This document shows positions 25,198-35,293 of a DNA stretch of 64,000 nucleotides, piece after piece. The DNA is from a virus. How positions within the stretch are numbered: the first letter of the stretch is position 1; each line of letters begins with the position of its first letter. Both the position numbers and the translations under genes were made by a program. Below the pieces are notes generated by a model. It saw nothing but the letters and a program-made list of their open reading frames with translations. It ran no database searches and was not told where the DNA came from. The stretch is from IMG/VR virus record IMGVR_UViG_3300027317_000001, positions 1,898 to 65,897 of that record; one strand, written 5' to 3'.

Positions 25198-25506
25198 CTA
25201 CTCCCCATGAACTCCTATCCGCTCTTCCCAGTCGGCCTCCGTCATAATCATGTAGGTGTGCCCAGCAATATTCACTTCGAATACCATGGTCCGCCCTTCT
25301 AGAAGGGCGTTCTTCTCTGCCTTCAGCAAATCATCGAGTCGCAGCGTGTAAGAACGCTTAGTCGTAAACTTGCACTCAAACGAAAACTCATCAGTCCGAA
25401 CATCATTCTTTCTAATACCGTTCCCACTGCCAGGAGTTCTACGTCCTCCGGATCGTTCTGCCCTCCGCTTCTCCTGCCGCCGGGATTTCTTTAGGAAATC
25501 ATGCAC
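25198..25506 (-). CDS. small PD-(D/E)xK nuclease (Hjc-like)
   Basis: GGRRTPGSG..KNDV....FECK. Confidence 0.75.
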   Translation of the reverse strand: MHDFLKKSRRQEKRRAERSGGRRTPGSGNGIRKNDVRTDEFSFECKFTTKRSYTLRLDDLLKAEKNALLEGRTMVFEVNIAGHTYMIMTEADWEERIGVHGE

Positions 25507-26593
25507 TCAATGTCTCTCTTTCATCGGGGCTCTTCTTAGCGGCGGCCAGAATCTTTTCATGCAGCTCTTCGCGGAGCTCAGGGGAGTTCCGGATGGCGTT
25601 CAGCGTATTCTCCTGCCCCTGCCATTTGCTGTCACCGTAATAGTAGTAAGCTCCACGCCGCTCAATGATCTTGAACCAAACCGCGTAAGTCAGGCACTCC
25701 TGAGAGAAATCGTATTCCCCAGCCTTGATCCCACGGGATGGGGCATCCGAGAAATAAAAATGAATCGTAGCAACCTGTTGCGGGGGAGCGGTCTTGCTCT
25801 TAACCGTCTTGGCCTTAATGACCATGCCAACGAACTCTTTGCCCCCACCCTCGCGGGATTCGATGATGAACTCATCCCGCCGGACTTCCAAGATGGTACA
25901 AACCGCGTACCGCTTGGCGTTTCCTCCCGGGGTAGTCAGCGCCACACCAGTAGGGGAGAATGCCCCAATGTTTTCGCGGTACTGATTAATGAAGAACCCG
26001 GTTACAGGTCGCCGATCGTCACCTTCCGGCTTGCGCCGCATGGCTGGGCCGACCTTCCTGAAGAACTTGGAGGTGGCCCTTGCACCAGCTGCGACCTGCA
26101 CCTCATCCATGTTCTGCTCTTCCTCAACCCGGGGAATAAGAGCAGGGTAGGAGTCCAGAACAATAGCGTCGAACAGACCGCTTTCGCAGGCGTTGATCAT
26201 AACCGTGTACGCCTGCTCCATATCGTTGATGGCGAGAACGTGGACGCGAGAGTTGTCTACGCCAAGGGTTTCCGCCCGCTTCTCGTCGTAGTCTTCAGAC
26301 GCCACCCACAAGGCGCGGAAATCCGGATTGATCTGCTGGTTGGCGGCAATGGTCTTGAGGGCTACAACCGTCTTCCCATGGCTTTCACGACCGATGATCT
26401 CATGCCACTGGCCAACCTTCCAGCCGCCTCCCAAAATGACATCCAAGGCCAGCGAACCCGACGTGATCATCCCATAGTCGGGAAGCTGGGTAGCGGGCAT
26501 CAGAACGTTAGCGCCAAACTGCTTATTAATCTTGGCAGCGAATGCGTCCACGTCCTCAATCACATCTTTCATGTTATGAGGCCGCTTACCCAA
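25499..26593 (-). CDS. recA: RecA/UvsX-like recombinase
   Basis: SGSLALDVILGGG, EIIGRESHGKT, IVLDS, INQYRE, TPGG.A. Confidence 0.95.
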   Translation of the reverse strand: MGKRPHNMKDVIEDVDAFAAKINKQFGANVLMPATQLPDYGMITSGSLALDVILGGGWKVGQWHEIIGRESHGKTVVALKTIAANQQINPDFRALWVASEDYDEKRAETLGVDNSRVHVLAINDMEQAYTVMINACESGLFDAIVLDSYPALIPRVEEEQNMDEVQVAAGARATSKFFRKVGPAMRRKPEGDDRRPVTGFFINQYRENIGAFSPTGVALTTPGGNAKRYAVCTILEVRRDEFIIESREGGGKEFVGMVIKAKTVKSKTAPPQQVATIHFYFSDAPSRGIKAGEYDFSQECLTYAVWFKIIERRGAYYYYGDSKWQGQENTLNAIRNSPELREELHEKILAAAKKSPDERETLSA

Positions 26594-26713
26594 ACTCCAA
26601 CAGCAGTAGTAACTACGTCTTGAAAGGCAGATTTCTGCTAACGACGAGATTCGACGAACCTACCCCGTGTGATAACGTTCCTGGCACTAGTGGATTTCGT
26701 TGATTAGGCAGTT

Positions 26714-27496
26714 ATGAGAGAAGTCGAGCCCACGGTCTACCTAGTCGCCAAAACGGCAGTTGACTACGACGAGCTCGCCCGCTACCTACAGCAGATCGGC
26801 GGGGAACGCTGGCTGGAACGCCTGGACAAGGGCGAGCTCGACGCGCAGAACTTGACCGAATTCGCCGGGCGGCTGTGCTACCGGTCGTTCGAGCCGGGGC
26901 TGAACCCGAACGTCACCCGGGTCCGCACGAACCAGGAGGACTACCTCCGCAACATCCTCGCCCAGGCGCATGGGAGCGTGCTGGAGCACGTGAGCTTCAG
27001 CTTCGTGCTGCACAACGTCTCCCGGGTACTCACCCACGAGCTGGTACGGCACCGCGTCGGGGTGGCAATCTCGCAGGAGTCGCTGCGCTTCGTCCGGCTC
27101 ACCGACATCCCCTTCTGGTTCCCGGAGTGGGCGCGCGAGGACGCCGAGCTGATGAAGCGGGCGACCGAGATCCTCGACCGGTTGCAGGAGTTCCAGCAGT
27201 GGATGGCCGAGCACTTCGGCCTCGACAAGGAGGGCGTACCGTTCTCCGAGAAGAAACACCGCACGTCGTTCATGCGCCGGTTCGCCCCCGAAGGCGTAGC
27301 CACCAGCGTGGTGTGGACCGCCAACCTCCGCACCCTACGGCACACGATCGAGACCCGGACCGCACCGGGAGCTGAAGAGGAGATCCGCCTGGTCTTCGGC
27401 AAGATCGGCGAGATCATGCGGAAGGAGGCTCCGGCGCTCTTCGGCGACTATGAGATTGAGGACGGTGCGTGGGTGCCCCGGTGGCGAAAGGTTTGA
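26714..27496 (+). CDS. thyX: FAD-dependent thymidylate synthase
   Basis: HGSVLEH, SRVLTHELVRHR..AISQESLRFV, NLRTLRH...R...AEEEIR. Confidence 0.95.
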   Translation: MREVEPTVYLVAKTAVDYDELARYLQQIGGERWLERLDKGELDAQNLTEFAGRLCYRSFEPGLNPNVTRVRTNQEDYLRNILAQAHGSVLEHVSFSFVLHNVSRVLTHELVRHRVGVAISQESLRFVRLTDIPFWFPEWAREDAELMKRATEILDRLQEFQQWMAEHFGLDKEGVPFSEKKHRTSFMRRFAPEGVATSVVWTANLRTLRHTIETRTAPGAEEEIRLVFGKIGEIMRKEAPALFGDYEIEDGAWVPRWRKV

Positions 27497-27705
27497 ACGA
27501 CGTGACCCGCTCTAACGGAAACGACCCGGCAGGCTCCCCTACCCGCCGGGTCTGGTCTCCCTACGCCCAATCCGAGAGAGGTCCGTCAGAGCTCCCCTAT
27601 AGAACACTATTCTACCAATCATCGGATGATTGGTGGTAGTGCTAATCACGCTCCGTATCGGAGCGCCACTCTCCCCCACCGAGCTAGGCACAGCCCCGCT
27701 CGGGG

Positions 27706-28046
27706 CAAAAACTGCCCTGCCTAGGGCAGTTTTGGTGGCTCTCAGGGCAGTTTTAGGGCAGTTTTGGAGGCCCCCCGATTGGGTGTTTCCGCAGGTCAGA
27801 CCACGTTTCCAAGATCGTTTAGGGCAGTTAGGGCAGTTTAGGGGTGTTACCGCTCAACCTATACACCACCCTTCTTCTTCTTGTTTCTCTGCTCCCGCGA
27901 AGTAATGAAAACTGCCCTAACTGCCCTAGATGATCTTGAGATGGCCTCTGACCTGCGGAAACGTCGAGTGAGTTGGAAAACAAAACTGCCCTAAAACTGC
28001 CCTGAGAGGCCTCAAAACTGCCCTGAGAGGCCCCAAAACTGCCCCG
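27706..28046. repeat. inverted iteron array (putative replication origin)
   Basis: AGGGCAGTT x5 on the left arm, AACTGCCC(T) x6 on the right arm, GTTTCCGCAGGTCAGA/TCTGACCTGCGGAAAC pair, pyrimidine-rich centre. Confidence 0.8.
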
Positions 28047-28097
28047 AACATTGTTCTAGTCCGCGTGGCTCGAGCGGCCCCAAACAGCAGTGGTTGG

Positions 28098-28373
28098 TTA
28101 CAGAGCGTGACGGTCGGCGGCAGTTCGCGCTTGGTGCGAACACCAAAAATCGGAGGGGCCGCCCTGCTGGGCGGCCCCTCGACTTCCTCTATCAGCCGTC
28201 TTCAGAAGGCAGCGGAGATATCGACCGGTCGGTCCGGGGACCAGCGGATATCGGGCTTCAGGCTTCCGCAAAGAAACTGGGGCTCGGAAGAGAGTTCCCT
28301 GGGATCCTGGCTTGTCTTTCATATTCGGGCGGAGATCCCAATCCTGTTTTGCTCTCTTCCGAGCCCCAGCCAT
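28098..28373 (-). CDS. hypothetical protein, possibly truncated
   Basis: GGGAAGGG RBS; QGTLF motif; C-terminal half reads like junk next to the iteron element. Confidence 0.4.
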   Translation of the reverse strand: MAGARKRAKQDWDLRPNMKDKPGSQGTLFRAPVSLRKPEARYPLVPGPTGRYLRCLLKTADRGSRGAAQQGGPSDFWCSHQARTAADRHAL

Positions 28374-28450
28374 AACCCTTCCCTAGAAAACACAGACAAC
28401 GATTCATCTGTATTTTCCAGGGAAAGGCGTCAACAATATAAATTCTATTC

Positions 28451-30373
28451 TTAGAGATCGCAATTGCCTGCAACACAGGCGAGGATCTGGGCTCCCTCAG
28501 TGGTGTCATCCCGCTCATAGAACACCAGGTCAGCCCAGCGGACCTCAGGAAACCCGGCAACTAGCTTCTGATAGGTCTCCTTGTCAATCTCCTGGTAGGG
28601 AGCCTGCTTGTAAGTGTGCTCTGAATAGGGAAGGAACGACACACCGGACAGCTCGCCCAAATGCTGCCACACCCACTCGCCAACCTTCTCCCACTCATCC
28701 TTGCGGACATTGATCGTCACACTGGGCTTGTGCTCACACCAGTGACGCTGGAAGTCCAGCCACAGCTCCAGGTGATCAATCGCAGAAATGTCCTCACGAG
28801 TGATCGCACCCTCGGGGGCCTTGATGGGGAAGGAGAAAACCCAGTTGGACTTGTCCGTGATCTCTTCCTCATGGGGAACACCGGAGTCCACCATGAGCTG
28901 GGCCAGCGGATCCATCTTGTCCCCGCGAACGTTACGGATGTAGTAGCGGCTGTGCCACGGGTTGACCCCAGATGAGCAGCCCACAAGCTGGGATGACGTC
29001 CCCTCCGGCTTGACGCACGTGATCGCGGCACTCTCGTTGATCCCCAGGAGCCCCGCCCAGATCCGGTTGATGTGCCGAGCCTCCTGGCGCAACCGGTCGA
29101 GAACCCGCTTCCGGCCCGGCCCATACAGCAGCGAATTGCCATACACCCCGTTCAGCGAGACACCCAGCAGCCTCTCCTCTTCCGCGTTCCGCCGCCACTC
29201 CTCACGGAGCAGCGGGAAATTCGTCAGCGTAGACTGCCAGGTGCCGAGAATGGTCGCCCACGCCACCTTCTCACGCAGCGACTCAACGTCATCCTCAGGT
29301 CGCACCGTAACCGAAGTGAGATTGCAGAAACTCCGAGGACGGAGGATGATCTCACTGCACGGGTTGGTCCCATAATCGGCGTCAGGATCGCGACGCCCGT
29401 ACTTGGCCGCCTGCCGTTGAGCGGCTGACCGGTTGAAAATACCACGCTCACCCGAACCGGATGCGACAAGATGAGCCCACTCGCGATCAAACTGCTCACG
29501 AGTGACACCGTCATAGTAGACGGCGCTGATATTCGCCAATCTGCGCTGCGGGTTGTTCACCCACCACTCACCTGACTTGGCGGTCGCCATCTCCTCATCA
29601 TCAAGATCAGATAGCGCGATCATGGCGGACCGCCGCACACCGCCAACGACCACCACGTTGGCAATGTGGCACATCAGGTCATGAACCTCGATGGGGCGAA
29701 GCTTCCGCCCGCGCGCCTGGCCAAGAATCTGTGCCGTCTTATTGATGAGGTCGCCGAAAGGCTCGGGACCGGACGCCCGGCCGCCAAACGTACGCAGCCG
29801 CGACCCTGCAGGACGAACCTGAGAGAGATCAACAGGGCGCTGCACCCCGTGATACCACAGAGAATAAAGGAATTCCTTGTAGGCGAGAGCCCAGCCCTCC
29901 TTGGAATCCTCAACAACGATCGGATCGAACTTGTGCGTGATCGTTTCAGGAACAGCGGGAAGCTGGTCAACGTACCGGCGCTCAACCGAATACCCAACAC
30001 CGGTACCATTCATCAAGATGTAAAGCGTTTCCCAGAAGCAGTCAACGCTGTCTGCTGGGTGGTAAGCGCAGTTATAAAACGCGATGTTCGATCGCTCTGC
30101 TGCGGGGCCAGCAGTCATAATGCCCCGCATAGACGGCAGCACCTCGTGCTCCCGGACAGCGGTACGCAGAACACTAACAAGATCCTTATGCGGCCGGTAC
30201 CCGAACTTCTTCTCCAGGTGGGACACCATGAACTCGAAGTACCGGTCCACGGTTTCCGCCCATGTCTCACGCCGCTTTTCATCAGGCAGCCAACGCGCGT
30301 AACGGCTCAATGCGATGTAGTTGCGGTACGGGTCAGCAATAGACCCATCCTCAAGGAGAATAGTCACACGCAC
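28451..30373 (-). CDS. nrdJ: class II (B12-dependent) ribonucleotide reductase
   Basis: NCAY, GGVRRSAMI, TNPCSEI, TCVKPEGTSS, C-terminal C..GNC; no R2 subunit gene nearby. Confidence 0.9.
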   Translation of the reverse strand: MRVTILLEDGSIADPYRNYIALSRYARWLPDEKRRETWAETVDRYFEFMVSHLEKKFGYRPHKDLVSVLRTAVREHEVLPSMRGIMTAGPAAERSNIAFYNCAYHPADSVDCFWETLYILMNGTGVGYSVERRYVDQLPAVPETITHKFDPIVVEDSKEGWALAYKEFLYSLWYHGVQRPVDLSQVRPAGSRLRTFGGRASGPEPFGDLINKTAQILGQARGRKLRPIEVHDLMCHIANVVVVGGVRRSAMIALSDLDDEEMATAKSGEWWVNNPQRRLANISAVYYDGVTREQFDREWAHLVASGSGERGIFNRSAAQRQAAKYGRRDPDADYGTNPCSEIILRPRSFCNLTSVTVRPEDDVESLREKVAWATILGTWQSTLTNFPLLREEWRRNAEEERLLGVSLNGVYGNSLLYGPGRKRVLDRLRQEARHINRIWAGLLGINESAAITCVKPEGTSSQLVGCSSGVNPWHSRYYIRNVRGDKMDPLAQLMVDSGVPHEEEITDKSNWVFSFPIKAPEGAITREDISAIDHLELWLDFQRHWCEHKPSVTINVRKDEWEKVGEWVWQHLGELSGVSFLPYSEHTYKQAPYQEIDKETYQKLVAGFPEVRWADLVFYERDDTTEGAQILACVAGNCDL

Positions 30374-30376
30374 CCC

Positions 30377-30820
30377 TTATCCAATACGATCAATCACAAC
30401 ACCCGGCTGGTATGGCGGGGTCTTAATCTGCCTGGTAGGCTGAGCGGGACCCTCCGAACGCACCAAAAGCTGAAGTGAAGGTGAATTATGACCAGTCGTG
30501 AAATTACAGTCTAGACACCGAGGCGCAATATTCGGCTGAGGACTCATAAAGTTCTCAGAATGGCAATTCGGGCAAACACCCTCAAACCTGAAATCCGAAA
30601 CATTCTGAGCAGGTGCCTCATTATTTGCAAGTGCCGTACTCTTAGGAAGCTGAATCCGATCCCCAGGACGCTCAGGAAGCTGCGACCCCGAATCAGGAAC
30701 AGTACGCCACCAAGGCTGAATAGCAGGAACAGGCTGGCTTCTCTGCGACTGCACCTTTTGAAGCTGCTTAAACCAAAAATCACTCAACGAACTTGATCCC
30801 CCTCCCAGTACGACCGTCAT
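30377..30820 (-). CDS. zinc-ribbon hypothetical protein
   Basis: CPNC...CLDC. Confidence 0.65.
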   Translation of the reverse strand: MTVVLGGGSSSLSDFWFKQLQKVQSQRSQPVPAIQPWWRTVPDSGSQLPERPGDRIQLPKSTALANNEAPAQNVSDFRFEGVCPNCHSENFMSPQPNIAPRCLDCNFTTGHNSPSLQLLVRSEGPAQPTRQIKTPPYQPGVVIDRIG

Positions 30821-31205
30821 AGAGCATCGAAGCCAAAATAGCCTTAGTGCACACCGAAATCATGTCGGCATAATTCTGCGTCATCTCTTCGCGCTCTTCA
30901 TCAGACACAGACAGCGGCTGAGCTTCGCCCTCTTCATCATCGTCATCGCCCAGGCCGGGTTTATCTATCATAAGACAAGTAACAACCTCAGCCGCAATCT
31001 GGGACAGCCAATCAATAACCTGCTCCCACGGCTCAATCATCTTCAACCGGATATGGCTGTCCGCATGCTCGGCTTCAATCGCTTCCGGGCTTGGGGGAAC
31101 AAGACCAAGAGCCGACAAAAGCTCCGGCATCTTGTTATGCGGCCCAATATCCCAAGCGAAACGACACTTGTACAAGGGGCGCGCATCAATCATATCGAGA
31201 GACAT
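30780..31205 (-). CDS. acidic hypothetical protein
   Basis: 141 aa, operon context. Confidence 0.65.
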   Translation of the reverse strand: MSLDMIDARPLYKCRFAWDIGPHNKMPELLSALGLVPPSPEAIEAEHADSHIRLKMIEPWEQVIDWLSQIAAEVVTCLMIDKPGLGDDDDEEGEAQPLSVSDEEREEMTQNYADMISVCTKAILASMLYDGRTGRGIKFVE

Positions 31206-31214
31206 AAACGCTTC

Positions 31215-33233
31215 CTACTTAGCCTGATCCCAGGACTCAACAACCTTCAAATCTGACTTTAGAGGCACCCGGATCAAATCTTGGATTCCCTTACCAAGCA
31301 TTGCCTCGCGCATGATTTCTACAACCTGATCAACCACCTCATCGGCGGCTTCCACCACGAGCTCATCATGCACGGTGAGAATAAGCTTCGCCCGGTCGGA
31401 AATACCCGCATCATGAAGCATCTCATGCAACCGGACCATTGCAATCTTGATAAGATCCGCAGCCGATCCCTGAATGTGCGAGTTCACACACTGGCGTTCT
31501 GCGAGAGCTCGTTTAGCATCATCGTCGCTGCTCAGATCCGGGAGCCGCCGCTTCCGGCCGATCAAGGTACGAATGTGGTGCGGGTTCCGTGACCTGGCCA
31601 CACGCAGCAGCCGGGACTTGTACCGGTAAATCTCAGGAAACTGGGTACGGTGCTCCTCCAAGAGCCGCCTAGCCTCATCCACCGTAGATCCGGCCATCTC
31701 AGCCACTTTCGCAGGTCCCGCCCCGTACACCACAGCAAAATTGATGCCCTTAGCGGCTGAGCGCATCTGGCTGGTGACATCCTCTACCGGAACCCCGTAC
31801 ACGTGGGAGGCTGTGATTGTGTGAGGATCGATTCCGGCGTGGAAACCATCGAAGAGGGCTCCAGGCCCGGCGAAATGGGCAAGAATGACAAGCTCAATCT
31901 GCCCATAGTCGGCAACCACCAGCTTATAGCCTGGGGGTGCCTGAAAGACGCGGCGGATCTTCCGGCCCTCTTCAGTGCGAACGCTAACGTTCTGAAGATT
32001 CGGCTCTGAACTGCTGAAACGCCCGGTTACCGTTCCATACTGCTTGAAGGTACCGAAGATCCGGTTCCCGCGTTCCGTCTGGAACACGATACACGGTCGG
32101 CCCTTCTCAGGATTACCCAGGTAACCGTCCACGTACGTGGACAGGAGCTTGAAAGTTTCCTGGTAGGCGAGGATCGCTTGCGCGACCTTGTTGTTCTTAT
32201 AGCTGCTCAGGGAAGCCGCGTCCGTGGAATAGTCGGAAAACCCGAGCTCTTCCCCCGCCTCCAGCTTTTTCTTTCCACTATCCGTCAAATGGGTAGGCTT
32301 CAGCCCTTGGCCGCCCTTGGACTTGGGGGAGTAGAGAACCTCAGCCTTCTGCGAGGGAGACGCAATGTTGAACACCCGGCCAGCAGCCCGGTACACCTCG
32401 GCTTCACGCCGCTCCAGTTCAGCGGTGAGCTCAACCTTGAGCTGCTGAAGCCACTCCAGGGACACTGGTGCACCCGTCAACCCAGCCTCCAACAGGACCG
32501 GGATGATCTGCGTCTCCAGACGATGCACCTGGTGGAGCTCTTGCTCGTCAATACGCGGCCGATCACAGTGGTACAGGAGCCACGTGTACCGGGCATCCAA
32601 CCGGGAGTATCGTGCGGCGACGCTAAACGGCCGCGTCTCAATGCTCTTCCCGGTCTTATCCTTGTCGTAGTCGAACGAGAACTCCTGCTTGATCCGCTCC
32701 TTCAAACCGTTACGGCGATTCTCGTCAAGCAGCCAGCTATTGACCAGGGTGTCCTGGTATGGGGGTGGTGGGACCTGTCCACCGTAATACTTAGCGACTG
32801 AAAGCAGGTCAAAAATGATGTTGTGACCGATCTTCAACCGGTCGGAAAAGAAAAGCGGTCGAAGCGCGGAAAAGACCTCAAACCGGCGAAGCTGGGCAGG
32901 CGGCTTCTCCCACACAGGCACCTTGTAATACCTGGTCTTGCCATCCTTGCCGACACGGGGAACCTTCTCCACGCGCTCAATCGCATCCCCGATAGGGTGC
33001 CCCATTGGGATGGTGACAGCAGCCCCATAAGTGGCCAGGGACAACCAGATGACCTCGTTTTGGGTCGGAATGTTCCGGTGCTCGCCGACGGTCTCAACGT
33101 CGAAAACGAACGCATCAAACTGAGAAAAGTATTCAACTACTTCGGCGAGCTGCTTCTCGTCCAGAATTACGGAATGCCGAAGCAATGCCCCGATATTGTG
33201 ACAGGAGACCCTGCCCTCCCACTCCAATGGCAT
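31215..33233 (-). CDS. polA: family A DNA polymerase with 3'-5' exonuclease
   Basis: FDVET, GHNIIFD, TGRFSSSEPNLQN, ADYGQIE, R..AKGINF...YG, VHDEL. Confidence 0.95.
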   Translation of the reverse strand: MPLEWEGRVSCHNIGALLRHSVILDEKQLAEVVEYFSQFDAFVFDVETVGEHRNIPTQNEVIWLSLATYGAAVTIPMGHPIGDAIERVEKVPRVGKDGKTRYYKVPVWEKPPAQLRRFEVFSALRPLFFSDRLKIGHNIIFDLLSVAKYYGGQVPPPPYQDTLVNSWLLDENRRNGLKERIKQEFSFDYDKDKTGKSIETRPFSVAARYSRLDARYTWLLYHCDRPRIDEQELHQVHRLETQIIPVLLEAGLTGAPVSLEWLQQLKVELTAELERREAEVYRAAGRVFNIASPSQKAEVLYSPKSKGGQGLKPTHLTDSGKKKLEAGEELGFSDYSTDAASLSSYKNNKVAQAILAYQETFKLLSTYVDGYLGNPEKGRPCIVFQTERGNRIFGTFKQYGTVTGRFSSSEPNLQNVSVRTEEGRKIRRVFQAPPGYKLVVADYGQIELVILAHFAGPGALFDGFHAGIDPHTITASHVYGVPVEDVTSQMRSAAKGINFAVVYGAGPAKVAEMAGSTVDEARRLLEEHRTQFPEIYRYKSRLLRVARSRNPHHIRTLIGRKRRLPDLSSDDDAKRALAERQCVNSHIQGSAADLIKIAMVRLHEMLHDAGISDRAKLILTVHDELVVEAADEVVDQVVEIMREAMLGKGIQDLIRVPLKSDLKVVESWDQAK

Positions 33234-33255
33234 GGGAAGGACAGGGTCTACGCCT

Positions 33256-34041
33256 TCAGTCCTGGAAAAGCGAGTTGAGGAGTTCCTCTATAGCAGAGAC
33301 AGGATCAACCTTCACAATGTCCTTGGTGTAGAGCTGGCTAGCCAGCTCTTCTCGCTCCTCATCCGTGAGCGGAGACACACGATAATACTTCTCGAGATCC
33401 GCCTCGCCCACCGGGGAAATCGTCCACACGTACGTCTCCCGGCCACCACGCTGAATCTTCTTCCGGGAGACCGCCCAATACACCTCAGGCTTGCTGATCG
33501 GGCTCGTCCGAGGCTGCTTAGCGTACTCCGCAAGCTGCGAGGCTACAGTACTCCCGCATTCGAGCACCTTAACCTCAAGAGGGCCATCCTCCCAAACCTC
33601 GCGCAGCTTGACCACGTTAAACATAAACTTGGGGGTAGTGCGGGCGATCTGCCGACGCGCCTCATCCGGGATATGGGACGGAGGGTCGCAAAGAGGGCAA
33701 TCCTCGCGAAGACACACAAAACTCTTCCGCCCCTTGGCCCACTCAACCCAGTGCTGCTTGTAGGCTACGAAGGGCGCTTCCTCCAGGAAGGCGACGACGA
33801 TGGGCTCCGGTGAGACCTCAAGGCGAGGATAGTAGCCGTCAGCTCGCGTCTTCCCCTGCTCGTATGTATCATTAAGCACATCCCATCCACTCTGGACAGG
33901 ATCGACCGCGCGCTCAACACGCGGCTGGATGGGCTTCTGGCGTCCGGAAACCGGCAAATCTCGCCGAATCGGCGGACGCTCAGGTACACCATCAGAAGAA
34001 CGGGAAGCAGCAGAATCGAAGTTACGCCTGATTACTCTCAT
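33256..34041 (-). CDS. gp32-like single-stranded DNA-binding protein
   Basis: YKQHWV....FVCL..DCPLC, FMFNVV; next to the polymerase. Confidence 0.7.
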   Translation of the reverse strand: MRVIRRNFDSAASRSSDGVPERPPIRRDLPVSGRQKPIQPRVERAVDPVQSGWDVLNDTYEQGKTRADGYYPRLEVSPEPIVVAFLEEAPFVAYKQHWVEWAKGRKSFVCLREDCPLCDPPSHIPDEARRQIARTTPKFMFNVVKLREVWEDGPLEVKVLECGSTVASQLAEYAKQPRTSPISKPEVYWAVSRKKIQRGGRETYVWTISPVGEADLEKYYRVSPLTDEEREELASQLYTKDIVKVDPVSAIEELLNSLFQD

Positions 34042-34294
34042 CAGATGACACGTAGATGTAGTGAATGACCGAATCCTTAGGTGCGACTTGACGCAGCTCT
34101 TCCGCGCGTGCAGTCAAGAAGACATCGGCAGCCTGGTTGGCGCGTTCCGCCAGAACCTCAGGCTCTACAGGCTCCCCATAAGCGGCATCCGACACGCGGA
34201 CGGAAATCTTAATCGAACCGCCCTCATAGTTGCCGAAGTTGACCCGAAGTTCCTTTTCAACCGTGACCTCAACAGTTCCAGAATCGAACGCCAT
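34022..34294 (-). CDS. hypothetical protein
   Basis: 90 aa, TGATG coupling. Confidence 0.6.
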   Translation of the reverse strand: MAFDSGTVEVTVEKELRVNFGNYEGGSIKISVRVSDAAYGEPVEPEVLAERANQAADVFLTARAEELRQVAPKDSVIHYIYVSSDESNQA

Positions 34295-34599
34295 CAGGCG
34301 GCCTTTCCCATCTTCTGAACAGCGGCAGCCTCGGATGCAAAAAGCTCAGCAACACGCGCGGTGAAGTTCGTGCGCTTAGGATCGCCAGAGTAGGGGATGA
34401 GAATCCCCTCTTCCCGGGCGATCTGAACAGTGCCCAGGATCATTCCCCGGGTGTAAAGGCGCAAGGCACCAAAACCCTCGCCGAGCTTCTTGGTGATAGG
34501 AGTCATCGGCAGAATGCCTTCAGACTCCCACTTGCGCATAGTGACAGCCTGCCGACCCAGCATCCACGCCAGATCGCCAATGAGATAGAAGTAGAGCAT
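34294..34599 (-). CDS. MerR-like HTH DNA-binding protein
   Basis: IGDLA.MLGR..VTMRKWE..GILP.....RLYT. Confidence 0.75.
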   Translation of the reverse strand: MLYFYLIGDLAWMLGRQAVTMRKWESEGILPMTPITKKLGEGFGALRLYTRGMILGTVQIAREEGILIPYSGDPKRTNFTARVAELFASEAAAVQKMGKAA

Positions 34600-34744
34600 A
34601 ATGCCCCACTGCTCGAACTCACGTGGAGTGAGCTCACTGAGCCGCTCTTCATCCTTCGCCGGATCAAAAATCCGGGGATCAAGCGGCCTGCGTCGTGACG
34701 ACGATGAAACCGGGTCGAAGTTCAGCCTAACCCCATGTGGATTC

Positions 34745-35188
34745 CTAGAAAGGAACGAGAGAAACCGATTCTGTGCGGATGAGAATCCGGTTCAGCTCCT
34801 CTTCCGTGATCAGCCCCTCCCAGAAGCACGCCATCAGCTCATCCTGATCAAGATCCTCTCTGATCTTGATCACGCGGTCAGCCAAACCCTTTTCCCGTAC
34901 CAGGGCATAGGCTGCCTCTGTGTCAAGGGTCACCCGAATGCTAGTCTGACACCGGTAACCCTTCCGTGTCTTATTGCCGACACGTACGGGCTCGTCAAGA
35001 CGAACAACCTTATGCCCCTTATGGCTTACCTTTCCATATTGTTCGACGAAGCGTTGAATACGCTCCCGGATAGCCTGTCGGCGCTCCGCGAGCTTGTCGA
35101 TCTCAGCCTCTAGAAACGCTGCCTGCTTGACCAGCTCCCGGAACTCATCCAGCTCGCACTCGTGACGCTCGCCTCCCAGCTCACTCAC
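34745..35188 (-). CDS. coiled-coil hypothetical protein (Gam/Gp157-like, uncertain)
   Basis: 147 aa, GAGG RBS, GTG start. Confidence 0.55.
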   Translation of the reverse strand: MSELGGERHECELDEFRELVKQAAFLEAEIDKLAERRQAIRERIQRFVEQYGKVSHKGHKVVRLDEPVRVGNKTRKGYRCQTSIRVTLDTEAAYALVREKGLADRVIKIREDLDQDELMACFWEGLITEEELNRILIRTESVSLVPF

Positions 35189-35293
35189 CTCAGACCTGCC
35201 TGCCCAGGGCTAATCCGTGTGGACAGATTAGCCCCTTTAGGACGAACTTTAAAGTACCTGAAGAGCTCGTTGATAACGATAGTATAACGAAAG

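Noticed and set aside
27706-28046. CRISPR array or protein-coding repeat
   Set aside because: Repeats are 9-11 bp, irregularly spaced and inverted. The overlapping 27630-27905 ORF has no RBS or coding character.
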